From a virus, in the IMG/VR virus record IMGVR_UViG_3300005262_000003: a stretch of 43,109 nucleotides of DNA; one strand, 5' to 3'. Made by a program: the position numbers and the translations under genes. The notes beneath the pieces are model-generated. The model did no database searches, was not told the origin of the DNA, and worked only from the letters and a program-made list of their open reading frames with translations. Each line of letters begins with the position of its first letter. Position 1 is the first letter of the stretch. Shown here one piece after another: positions 16,082 through 23,719 of the stretch.

Positions 16082-16121
16082 ATTATAGCTGTTTTATAGC
16101 TTTAGTCAACGAAAAGCTATA
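16082..16121 (-). promoter_or_regulatory. Consensus sigma-70 promoter of the TA operon with overlapping operator repeats
   Basis: Minus strand reads TTGACT (16109-16104), 16-nt spacer, TATAAT (16087-16082), only 7 nt before the toxin ATG. TTATAGCT at 16083-16090 and 16094-16101. Inverted AGCTATA at 16115-16121. Confidence 0.75.
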
Positions 16122-16201
16122 TCGTAGCGCTGACTTTTCTCGTGGTCATGTGGTGGGTTTCCCGATTCCGCGACACCGGCAACATTCCCATTCGAAATTT
16201 C

Positions 16202-16230
16202 TTGACAGTCGGAAATCTCAGCAGTAAATT
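16202..16230 (+). promoter_or_regulatory. PR'-like late promoter
   Basis: TTGACA (16202-16207), 17-nt spacer, TAAATT (16225-16230). Followed about 80 nt later by a terminator. Confidence 0.7.
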
Positions 16231-16306
16231 CCCAGCCACAACTTATTTCCGTCGATTACGACGTGTGCGGTTGCCTGATGGCAGCCCCCGGCGTGAACGA
16301 ATCCCG

Positions 16307-16347
16307 AAAAGCCCTGCGATCAGCGATGACGCGGGGCTTTTTGCTTT
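16307..16347 (+). terminator. tR'-like intrinsic terminator
   Basis: 12-bp stem aaaagccctgcg / cgcggggctttt (one G-U pair), 11-nt loop, then ttgctttcc. The hairpin is symmetric enough to act bidirectionally. Confidence 0.65.
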
Positions 16348-16365
16348 CCGCCCTCTGGAGGTTCT

Positions 16366-16632
16366 ATGCTCAGCTCCTTCCGCCGTACCGCCCTGCTCGC
16401 TGCCGCCGTCCTCGGCCTGTCCGCTGGCGTCGCGCCCGTCGTGGCCAGCCAGCCAGCGCTGACCGCTGCCGCGCCGCGCCCGGTGCGCGCCAGCAAGCGC
16501 AGCCTGTTCGGCGGGATCCGCGCGAGCGCCGGCCTGCATGGCCGCAAGGGCGCCGGCATCTCAATGGCGCAGCAGCAACGCCGCTCCGCGAAGGCGCGGA
16601 ACGTCGCGCGAAACCGACGGCACCACCGCTGA
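16366..16632 (+). CDS. Small secreted, highly basic protein, 88 aa
   Basis: GGAGG Shine-Dalgarno. Signal-peptide-like RRTALLAAAVLGLSAGVAPVVASQ. Arg/Lys-rich C-terminus. High GC3. Confidence 0.65.
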   Translation: MLSSFRRTALLAAAVLGLSAGVAPVVASQPALTAAAPRPVRASKRSLFGGIRASAGLHGRKGAGISMAQQQRRSAKARNVARNRRHHR

Positions 16633-16642
16633 CCAGGTCACC

Positions 16643-16852
16643 ATGCAGTTCTTCGAACAAGTTTGCGACGGACGCACCGTGCTCAGCGACAGAGTCGAGC
16701 CGGACGCCCAGTTTGTCACCGACGACGTCGACGCGCCGTGCTGGATCGAGGCGAAACGCCAGCTCGGCTACACGCTGACGCCGGCGCAAACGCGGCTGCT
16801 CGGCGAGTTCTACGACCGCCACGAGCACGACACCAACCCGACCACCGCTTGA
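16643..16852 (+). CDS. Hypothetical protein, 69 aa
   Basis: Internal ATG of ORF 16538-16852. Begins after the stop of the preceding gene. Confidence 0.5.
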   Translation: MQFFEQVCDGRTVLSDRVEPDAQFVTDDVDAPCWIEAKRQLGYTLTPAQTRLLGEFYDRHEHDTNPTTA

Positions 16853-16906
16853 CGCGGACGTCTGACCAGCCGGGAACAGCAGCGGCACCAACTAGCCGAG
16901 GACCCT

Positions 16907-17044
16907 ATGCCGTTCCAGATGACCGACCCCGAGCTGCGGCGCTGGCTGCTGGTCCTCCACCAGATCAAGGCGATGCGCGGCACGATGCGCATGCGCCCGC
17001 AAGCCAACGGGGAGCAACGCCCGATCAGCCGGTTGTCCCGGTAG
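16907..17044 (+). CDS. Mini-ORF, 45 aa
   Basis: Hand translation MPFQMTDPELRRWLLVLHQIKAMRG... GAGGA Shine-Dalgarno. Confidence 0.4.
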   Translation: MPFQMTDPELRRWLLVLHQIKAMRGTMRMRPQANGEQRPISRLSR

Positions 17045-17121
17045 CCGCAAGGCTGTTGCCGATTCGCCGCCGTAAGCGGCCCCGTGTCTCCTCCGCCCTG
17101 CTGATCGACCAGGGCGTTTCC

Positions 17122-17157
17122 GGCCCGGCCGCCACGTGCGCGCCGGGCCATTTTTTT
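17122..17157 (+). terminator. Intrinsic terminator immediately upstream of terS
   Basis: 8-bp GC stem ggcccggc / gccgggcc, 12-nt loop, then a+ttttttt (17151-17157). Confidence 0.6.
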
Positions 17158-17168
17158 GACCGAATGCC

Positions 17169-17582
17169 ATGACCGCAACCACCTACAAGCCCGCATTGGC
17201 CGCGAAGCTGTGCGCCGCGCTGGCGGCCGGCGAGAGCGGGAAAGATAGCCTCCGCTCCGTGTGCAAGTTGCCCGGCATGCCGAGCCGCGCGACGGTATAT
17301 CGCTGGCTCGAAGAGAGCGCCGAATTTCAGGCCATGTACGCCAAGGCCACCACGCAGCGTGCCGACGGCTACATCGACGAGATCGTCGAAATCGCGGACA
17401 CGGCGCCCGGCACGAAGAGCGGAATCGCAAAGGCCAAGCTGCGAATCTACGCGCGCGAGAAGTACGCGGCCAAGATCGCTCCGCGCAAGTACGGCGAGAA
17501 GATCGACGTGAACCACGGCGGCCAAGGCGATAACCCGATCAAGACCGTCACCCGCGTCGAGCTGGTGCCGCTGTCGAAATGA
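17169..17582 (+). CDS. terS: Terminase small subunit
   Basis: SVCKLPGMPSRATVYRWLEESAEFQAMYAKATTQRADGYIDEIVEIAD pattern typical of HTH-type TerS. Directly precedes terL (ATGA overlap). Confidence 0.8.
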   Translation: MTATTYKPALAAKLCAALAAGESGKDSLRSVCKLPGMPSRATVYRWLEESAEFQAMYAKATTQRADGYIDEIVEIADTAPGTKSGIAKAKLRIYAREKYAAKIAPRKYGEKIDVNHGGQGDNPIKTVTRVELVPLSK

Positions 17583-18910
17583 CGACCGCACAGATCGCCA
17601 TACCGGAGAAACTGATCCCGGTGTTCCAGGGCGAGGCCGACGTACGCGGCTCCTACGGTGGCCGCGGCTCTGGCAAGACCCGCACGTTCGCGAAGATGAT
17701 CGCCCTGCGCGGCTACATCTACGGCATGGCCGGCGTCACCGGCCAGCTGCTGTGCGCGCGCCAATTCATGAACTCCCTCGCCGACTCGAGCCTGGAGGAG
17801 TGCAAACGCGCGATCGAGGAGGAGCCGTTCCTGGCTGCCTACTACGAGATCGGCGACAAGTTCATCCGGTCCCGAGACGGCAACGTGTGGTTCGCCTTCG
17901 CCGGCCTGGACCGCAACATCTCCAGCATCAAGTCGAAGGGTCGCATCCTCATCTGCTGGGTCGACGAGGCCGAGCCGGTGACGGACGAGGCGTTCACCAC
18001 GCTGATCCCGACGCTGCGCGAGGAAGGCGACGACTGGAACGCGGAGCTGTGGGTCACATGGAACCCGAAGCGCAAGGCGGCCGCCGTCGAGAAGCGGTTC
18101 CGCAACACCGACGACCCGCGCATCAAGGTCGCCGAGCTCAACTGGCGCGACAACGAGAAGTTCCCTGCCAAGCTGGAACGCGAACGCCAGCGTGACCTGC
18201 GCGACCGCCCTGACCAGTACGACCACATCTGGGAAGGCGGCTACGCGACCGTCATCGAGGGCGCCTATTACGCCGCGAGCCTGACCGCCGCGAAGGCGCA
18301 GGGGCGCATCTGCCGCGTGGCGGCCGACCCGCTGATGACGCTGCGCGTGTTCGTCGACATCGGCGGCACCGGCGCTCGTGCGGACGCCTTCACGATGTGG
18401 GTCTCGCAGTTCATCGGCAAGGAAATCCGCGTGCTGGACTACTACGAGGCCGTCGGCCAGCCGCTGGGCACGCACCTGGAGTGGATGCGCGAGCGCGGCT
18501 ATAGCCCGAGGCGTGCACAAATCTGGCTGCCGCACGACGGATCGACGCAGGACAAGGTGTTCGACGTGTCCTACGAGTCAGCGCTAGAGGGCGCTGGCTA
18601 CACGGTCACCGTCGTGCCTAACCAGGGCAAGGGCGCAGCCAAGGCGCGCATCGAGGCCGCACGCCGGCTGTTCCCGTCCATGTGGTTCAACGCCGAGACG
18701 ACCGAGGCCGGCCGCGAAGCGCTGGGCTTCTACCACGAAAAACGTGACGAGGTGCGCGGCATCGGACTGGGTCCGGAACACGACTGGTCCAGCCACGGCT
18801 CTGACTCGTTCGGCCTGATGTGCGTGGCCTACGAAGAGCCGCAGGCCTGGGGCGACGACGAAGAAGAGGATCCGGACTACACCGGAAGATCAACGATTGG
18901 CGGCTACTGA
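17579..18910 (+). CDS. terL: Terminase large subunit
   Basis: Walker A GGRGSGKT. ILICWVDEAE Walker B-like. C-terminal nuclease-type region. 443 aa. Confidence 0.9.
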   Translation: MTTAQIAIPEKLIPVFQGEADVRGSYGGRGSGKTRTFAKMIALRGYIYGMAGVTGQLLCARQFMNSLADSSLEECKRAIEEEPFLAAYYEIGDKFIRSRDGNVWFAFAGLDRNISSIKSKGRILICWVDEAEPVTDEAFTTLIPTLREEGDDWNAELWVTWNPKRKAAAVEKRFRNTDDPRIKVAELNWRDNEKFPAKLERERQRDLRDRPDQYDHIWEGGYATVIEGAYYAASLTAAKAQGRICRVAADPLMTLRVFVDIGGTGARADAFTMWVSQFIGKEIRVLDYYEAVGQPLGTHLEWMRERGYSPRRAQIWLPHDGSTQDKVFDVSYESALEGAGYTVTVVPNQGKGAAKARIEAARRLFPSMWFNAETTEAGREALGFYHEKRDEVRGIGLGPEHDWSSHGSDSFGLMCVAYEEPQAWGDDEEEDPDYTGRSTIGGY

Positions 18911-21054
18911 TGGCATACGAAACTTTCAACATCGACGACGAACAGGGCGGCGACGCGCCGGCTGCGAAGCAGCATCCGGCCGAACTGCTGCGGTCCTTCA
19001 TCGGCCAGCCGAACATCGTGTCGCTGCTGCCGCCGGAAGTGGTCAGCAAGATCGGCATGGAGGTCACGCGCGGCTACGACGCCGACGACAGCAGCCGCGC
19101 TGATTGGTCGCGCATGATGAAGACGGCCATGGACTTGGCCATGCAGGTGACGCAGGAAAAGAGTTGGCCGTGGCCGAAGGCGGCGAACGTCAAGTATCCG
19201 CTGATCACCACGGCCGCAATTCAGTTCAGCGCGCGCGCCTACCCCGCCATCGTGCAGGGTGAGCAGGTCGTGAAGGGCATGGTAATGGGCCCCGATCCGG
19301 ACGGCGAGAAAAAGAAGCGCGCCGACCGCATCGGCCACCACATGTCCTACCAGCTGCTCGAACAGATCGAGGACTGGGACGAGGACACCGACAAGCTGCT
19401 GCTGCAGATGGCGATTGTCGGCTGCGCGTTTCGCAAGACCTACTTCGACACGACGCTCGGCCGCCCGCGCAGCGAGATGGTCCCGGCGAAGTACGTGGTC
19501 TACGACCATGCCACTCCCTTCAAGGACCTGCGCCGCATCAGCCAGTGGCTGCCGCTCTACAAGAACGACGTCATAGAACGCGTGCGCGGCGACGTCTTCG
19601 TCGATGTGCAGCTGGGCACGCCGGTCGGCGCGACGAACGACGAGGACGCCCCGCACGAGTTCATCGAGCAGCACTGCTGGTACGACCTAGACGACGACGG
19701 CTACAAGGAACCCTATATCGTCACGGTCGTGAAGGAGACGTCCGAGGTGGCGCGCATCGTCGCCCGCTTCGACGAAGACGGCATCTACCTGAACAGCAAG
19801 GGCGAGGTCGCGAAGATCGAGCCCGTCAGCTACTGGACGAAGTACCCCTTCATGCCGAACCCGGACGGCGGCTCGTACGACGTCGGCCTCGGCCTGCTGC
19901 TGAACCCGATCAACGAAACGATCAACACGGTGCTCAACCAGCTGCTGGACGCCGGCACGCTGGCCAACACGGGTGGCGGCTTCATCGGTACCGGCCTCGG
20001 CCTGAAGTCCGGCAAGGCGTCCTTTACGCCAGGCGAGTTCAAACCCGTCGATAGCAAGGCCGGCAAGATCGCGGACAGCATCTACCACATGCAGTTCCCA
20101 GGGCCCAGCCCCGTGCTGTTCCAGCTGCTGGGCATGCTGATCGAGGCCGGCAAGGACATCTCGTCGGTGAAGGACATCTTGACCGGCGAGCAGCAGGTCA
20201 ACCAGACCGCGACCACCACGTTGGCGCTGATCGAACAGGGCCTGAAGGCGTTCACCGCGATCTACAAGCGCGTGCACCGGTCGCTGAAGAAGGAATTCGC
20301 GAAGCTGTTCCGCCTGAACCGCCTGTACCTGCAGCCCGAGGACTACTACCGCTTCCAGGACAAGTCGGAGCCGATCTACCTGCAGGACTACCAGGGCGAC
20401 GGCACGGACGTGGCGCCCGTCAGCGATCCGAATCTCGTGTCGGACGCCCAGGAGCTGGCGCGCGCCGACGCGCTGATGCAGTTCAAGGGCGATCCCTTCA
20501 TCAACCAGGTGGAGCTGCGGCGCCGCTTCCTGAAGGCGATGAAAGACCCGAATCCGGATGCCCTGCTCGTCACCGACCCGCCGGCGCCGCCTCAGGACCC
20601 GAAAGTCATGGAGGTCCAGGGCAAGCTCGCCGCGATGGAAGTCGAGGTGAACGCCAAAGCCGAAAAGATGATGGCCGAGATCGAGAACCTGCAGGCGCGC
20701 AATGCCGAGCTGGAGGCCTCCGCCGCACTGAAGATGGCGCAGGCGCAGGCGATCGGCGGCGAACAACAATTCGCGGTCCTCATGGCCCAGGTCCAGCACA
20801 TGCTGGACAGCCATCTGGAGCGCACCAAGGCAGCTTTACAACCGCAACAACCACAGGGAGGAATGAACGATGGCAGCAGCACCGGGAATGAGCAAGGAGG
20901 AATACCAGCAGTGGAAGGACCACCCGCTGACGCAGCGGTTCCACCAGTACCTGAAGGATTACCGCCAGGCGCTGATGGAGAAATGGGCACAGGGGGCGCT
21001 GGCGCCGACCAGCCCGGAAGCGCTGATGGCGGTGGCGCGCTGCCAAATGGCTGA
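18910..21054 (+). CDS. Portal protein
   Basis: 714 aa from ATG 18910 (TGATG-coupled to terL). Assigned by size and position. The last ~60 codons are low-complexity with poor GC3. Confidence 0.8.
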   Translation: MAYETFNIDDEQGGDAPAAKQHPAELLRSFIGQPNIVSLLPPEVVSKIGMEVTRGYDADDSSRADWSRMMKTAMDLAMQVTQEKSWPWPKAANVKYPLITTAAIQFSARAYPAIVQGEQVVKGMVMGPDPDGEKKKRADRIGHHMSYQLLEQIEDWDEDTDKLLLQMAIVGCAFRKTYFDTTLGRPRSEMVPAKYVVYDHATPFKDLRRISQWLPLYKNDVIERVRGDVFVDVQLGTPVGATNDEDAPHEFIEQHCWYDLDDDGYKEPYIVTVVKETSEVARIVARFDEDGIYLNSKGEVAKIEPVSYWTKYPFMPNPDGGSYDVGLGLLLNPINETINTVLNQLLDAGTLANTGGGFIGTGLGLKSGKASFTPGEFKPVDSKAGKIADSIYHMQFPGPSPVLFQLLGMLIEAGKDISSVKDILTGEQQVNQTATTTLALIEQGLKAFTAIYKRVHRSLKKEFAKLFRLNRLYLQPEDYYRFQDKSEPIYLQDYQGDGTDVAPVSDPNLVSDAQELARADALMQFKGDPFINQVELRRRFLKAMKDPNPDALLVTDPPAPPQDPKVMEVQGKLAAMEVEVNAKAEKMMAEIENLQARNAELEASAALKMAQAQAIGGEQQFAVLMAQVQHMLDSHLERTKAALQPQQPQGGMNDGSSTGNEQGGIPAVEGPPADAAVPPVPEGLPPGADGEMGTGGAGADQPGSADGGGALPNG

Positions 21055-21118
21055 CGAAATCGCCACGCTGGAAGACGACTCGATCGCAGATTTTTACCGC
21101 AAGGAAGGAGCGAACTGA
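20870..21118 (+). CDS. Hypothetical protein, 82 aa, overlapping the portal 3' end out of frame
   Basis: GGGAGGA Shine-Dalgarno 7 nt upstream. High GC3 in this frame throughout. Confidence 0.65.
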   Translation: MAAAPGMSKEEYQQWKDHPLTQRFHQYLKDYRQALMEKWAQGALAPTSPEALMAVARCQMADEIATLEDDSIADFYRKEGAN

Positions 21119-21339
21119 TGTACCAACAGATCAAGCAGCTGGCCGACGACGCGCTGGCACTGCAGAATAAAAACCGCATGGATGCGGCGCTGCGCGAAAT
21201 CAGCGCTCTGTGCGACCACGCGGCCGCCGCGCAGCCGGAACAACCGGAACCGGCCGAGCCGGCCGAGCCGGCCGTGCTGCCGCCGGCGGGCGACTTCGGT
21301 GACGCCGGCGACGCGGTCCAGGAAGGCGGTGCGCAATGA
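21118..21339 (+). CDS. Hypothetical protein, 73 aa, with PEQPEPAEPAEPA repeat
   Basis: TGATG-coupled. ORF track. Confidence 0.55.
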   Translation: MYQQIKQLADDALALQNKNRMDAALREISALCDHAAAAQPEQPEPAEPAEPAVLPPAGDFGDAGDAVQEGGAQ

Positions 21340-21692
21340 ACGCCGCCGTCAACCAGTCCGGGATCCAGCCCGTCGAATACAAAATCCTGATCCTGCCCGA
21401 GCAGGCCGAGGAAACCGACGAGACCCTGAAGCGCGCCAAGGCTGCCGGCCTCGTGCTGGTCGACAAGACCACCGAGCGCGAAAAGATGGCCCAGGTGAAG
21501 GGCCGACTCGTCGCCGCCGGCGGCAACGCCTTCGAGGACTGGTCCGGCCAAGTGCCGCAGCTCGGCGACGTCGTCTGGTTCGCGAAGTACGCCGGCTACG
21601 TCGTCAAGGGCGACGACGGCCAGGAATACCGCCTGGCCAACGACAAGGACATCAGCGCGGTGCTGCTGCCCCGCTCCACTCCCACCGAATAA
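21336..21692 (+). CDS. GroES/Cpn10-like co-chaperonin
   Basis: IQPVEYKILILPEQ...AAGLVLV...VKGRLVAAGGN...LGDVVWFAKYAGYVV...EYRLANDKDISAVL follows the GroES pattern (P..drvLV, AGGIVL, VvAvG, GD.V.f.ky.G, DIlAvl). Confidence 0.65.
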   Translation: MNAAVNQSGIQPVEYKILILPEQAEETDETLKRAKAAGLVLVDKTTEREKMAQVKGRLVAAGGNAFEDWSGQVPQLGDVVWFAKYAGYVVKGDDGQEYRLANDKDISAVLLPRSTPTE

Positions 21693-21701
21693 GGAAAATC
21701 C

Positions 21702-22604
21702 ATGTTCTACCTCAGGAAGAAGTACCCGCTCCGGAAACCTGCTGACGGTGAAGGCCACGAGCCGGGCGGCGCGCCCGCTGGCAACGACCCCGGCGCTGCT
21801 GCTGGCGCTGCCGGCGCCGACGGCCACGCCGACGACGCGGCCCAGAAGGAGCTGGAAACCCGTGCTCGCGCGATGGGCTGGACGTCGAAGGACGAGTTCA
21901 AGGGCGATCCCGCGAAGTGGCGCGACGCCGGCGAATTCGTCGAGCGTGGCGAAAACCTGCTGCCGCTGGTGAAGGCCCAGAATAAGCGCCTGGAGCGCGA
22001 AGTCGCCGAGCTGAAGCAGACCACGCGCGAGTTCGCGGAACACCTCAGCAAGACCGAGCAGCGCGCCTACGATCGCGCCATGGCCGACCTGAAGCAGCAA
22101 CGCAAGGAAGCGCTGGCCGCCGGCGATGGCGAGGCCTTCGAGAAGGTCGACGAAGCGATCGATAAGCTGAAAACCGACGCCGCGGCGAAGGCTGCCAAGC
22201 ACGCCGAGAAGAAGGACGACGGCGGCGCCGACCCGGTCTACACCGAGTGGGAATCCCGCAACCCGTGGCTGAAGGATGCCGAGCTGTCCGAGTTCGCCGA
22301 ATTCGCTGCCGAAAAGCTGCGTCGCGGTGGCGAGCGCGCGACCGGCGCCGAGTTTCTCGACCTGGTCGCACAGAAGGTCAAAGCCCAGTTCCCGGCCAAG
22401 TTCACCAACCCGCGCCGCGAGACGGCCCAGGCGGTGGAAGGCGCAGCGCCCGCGCGCCGCACCGGCGGCAAGACGTACGCCGACATGCCGGCCGAGGCGC
22501 GCGCCGCCTGCGACCGGATGGCGAAGAACGGCTTCGCCGGCGACGAAAAAGCCCAGGCCAAGTTCAAGGCCGATTACGTGAAACAGTATTTCGAGGAAGC
22601 ATGA
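21702..22604 (+). CDS. Scaffolding protein (putative)
   Basis: 300 aa, highly charged, Ala/Glu/Lys-rich helical. Lies between the portal and capsid genes. Confidence 0.65.
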   Translation: MFYLRKKYPLRKPADGEGHEPGGAPAGNDPGAAAGAAGADGHADDAAQKELETRARAMGWTSKDEFKGDPAKWRDAGEFVERGENLLPLVKAQNKRLEREVAELKQTTREFAEHLSKTEQRAYDRAMADLKQQRKEALAAGDGEAFEKVDEAIDKLKTDAAAKAAKHAEKKDDGGADPVYTEWESRNPWLKDAELSEFAEFAAEKLRRGGERATGAEFLDLVAQKVKAQFPAKFTNPRRETAQAVEGAAPARRTGGKTYADMPAEARAACDRMAKNGFAGDEKAQAKFKADYVKQYFEEA

Positions 22605-23059
22605 CCATGAGCCGTACACCGCGAGCAGAAACCAGGGAAGAAGAAGGCCGGAGCAAGCGCGTCCCGTTGGGCGTGGCCCGCTCCAGGCTGTCCGTCGCAG
22701 GCCGCCCGGGCTACGTCCGGCGCTGGATCAACGACAACGAGGGCCGGTTGCAGATGGCCCAGGATGGCGGTTACCAGTTCGTCCAGGACGACTCCGTGAA
22801 GCAGATCGGCGACCAGGACGTCACGAACGAAAACCGCGACCTCGGTTCGCGCGTGTCCCGCGTGGTCAACCAGACCACCGGTCAGCGCGCCTACCTGATG
22901 GAAATCAAGGCAGATTTTTACGAGGAAGACCAGCACGCCAAGATCAAGAAGGTCGAAGAGACCGATCGGCGCATCCGCAAGGGCAAGCTGGAAGAAGTGG
23001 ATGGCGGCTACGTTCCGGACGAAGGCCGCGGCATCCAAATCGAGACCCGCGCTCGATAA
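22601..23059 (+). CDS. Head-module protein, 152 aa, unknown role
   Basis: ATGA-coupled internal start. MTMSRTPRAETREEEGRSKRVPLG...GYVRRWINDNEGRLQMAQDGGYQFV. Confidence 0.6.
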   Translation: MTMSRTPRAETREEEGRSKRVPLGVARSRLSVAGRPGYVRRWINDNEGRLQMAQDGGYQFVQDDSVKQIGDQDVTNENRDLGSRVSRVVNQTTGQRAYLMEIKADFYEEDQHAKIKKVEETDRRIRKGKLEEVDGGYVPDEGRGIQIETRAR

Positions 23060-23096
23060 CCCGTATTTCGGCGCCCTCGCCGAATCCCCAACAACT

Positions 23097-23127
23097 GGGC
23101 CGCCATCGAGCGGCCCTTGCCTTTTTT
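23097..23127 (+). terminator. Hairpin plus T-run (weak terminator or attenuator) before the decoration and capsid genes
   Basis: gggccgc-catcga-gcggccc, then ttgcctttttt. Confidence 0.35.
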
Positions 23128-23137
23128 GGAGCATCCA

Positions 23138-23716
23138 ATGGCAAACACTGATACCCCGGCCGGCGCCACGCCGGTCGCGCATCGCAACGGGGCCGCGTAC
23201 AACGGCTCGTTCCGCGTGTACTCGGTCCCGGCCGGCGACGCAACCGCGCTGTTCGTGGGCGACTTCGTCAAGCTGGCCGGCACCGGCCAGACCATCAACG
23301 GCCGTGTGCTGCAGGACGTCGCGCGCGCCGCGACCGGCGACGTGATCGTCGGCGTCGTGGTCGGCATCAAGCCCGACACGCAGGACAGCCTGCGCTACCG
23401 CGTCGCGAACACCGTGCGCGAGGTCTACGTGGCCGACAACCCGGATCTGGTCTTCGAGATCCAGGAAGGCGCCACCGGCACGCCGCTGACCGCGAACGAC
23501 ATCGGCCTGAACATCAACTTCGTGGTCGGCGCCGGCAGCACCGTAACCGGCTGCTCGGGCACGCAGCTCGACAACGCCACCGAGGCCACCACCGCAACGC
23601 TCGACCTGCACCTGATGCAGCCGGTCGCGCGCGACGACAACGCGATCGGCGCGTCGTGCAAATGGCTGGTGACGATCAACCGTCACCAATATTCCAACCA
23701 AGTAGCAGGGGTCTAA
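23138..23716 (+). CDS. Head decoration/cement-type protein (putative)
   Basis: GGAG Shine-Dalgarno before ATG 23138. 192 aa, beta-rich. Immediately upstream of the capsid gene, as in BPP-1-type phages (from memory). Confidence 0.5.
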   Translation: MANTDTPAGATPVAHRNGAAYNGSFRVYSVPAGDATALFVGDFVKLAGTGQTINGRVLQDVARAATGDVIVGVVVGIKPDTQDSLRYRVANTVREVYVADNPDLVFEIQEGATGTPLTANDIGLNINFVVGAGSTVTGCSGTQLDNATEATTATLDLHLMQPVARDDNAIGASCKWLVTINRHQYSNQVAGV

Positions 23717-23719
23717 ATC

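Noticed and set aside
16142-16462. 106-aa plus-strand ORF spanning the late promoter and terminator.
   Set aside because: It would run through the promoter hexamers and the terminator hairpin, and it overlaps the better-supported Shine-Dalgarno-preceded ORF at 16366 out of frame. No Shine-Dalgarno. The peptide is low-complexity.
21236-21280. Short tandem repeats (ccggaa / gagccggcc units), considered with 11265-11301 as a possible CRISPR-like or satellite array.
   Set aside because: The units are 6-12 nt with no spacers and lie in frame inside coding sequence, encoding PEP/AEP and GQR repeats. They are not CRISPR repeats.
20592-22619. 675-aa minus-strand ORF. Similar very long antisense ORFs occur at 22574-24622, 34871-37222, 17447-18535 and 19687-20814.
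   Set aside because: These are shadow ORFs typical of high-G+C DNA. They lie antisense to recognisable portal, scaffold, capsid, tailspike and terminase genes. Their products are Arg/Gly/Ala-rich low-complexity sequences with no start-site signals.
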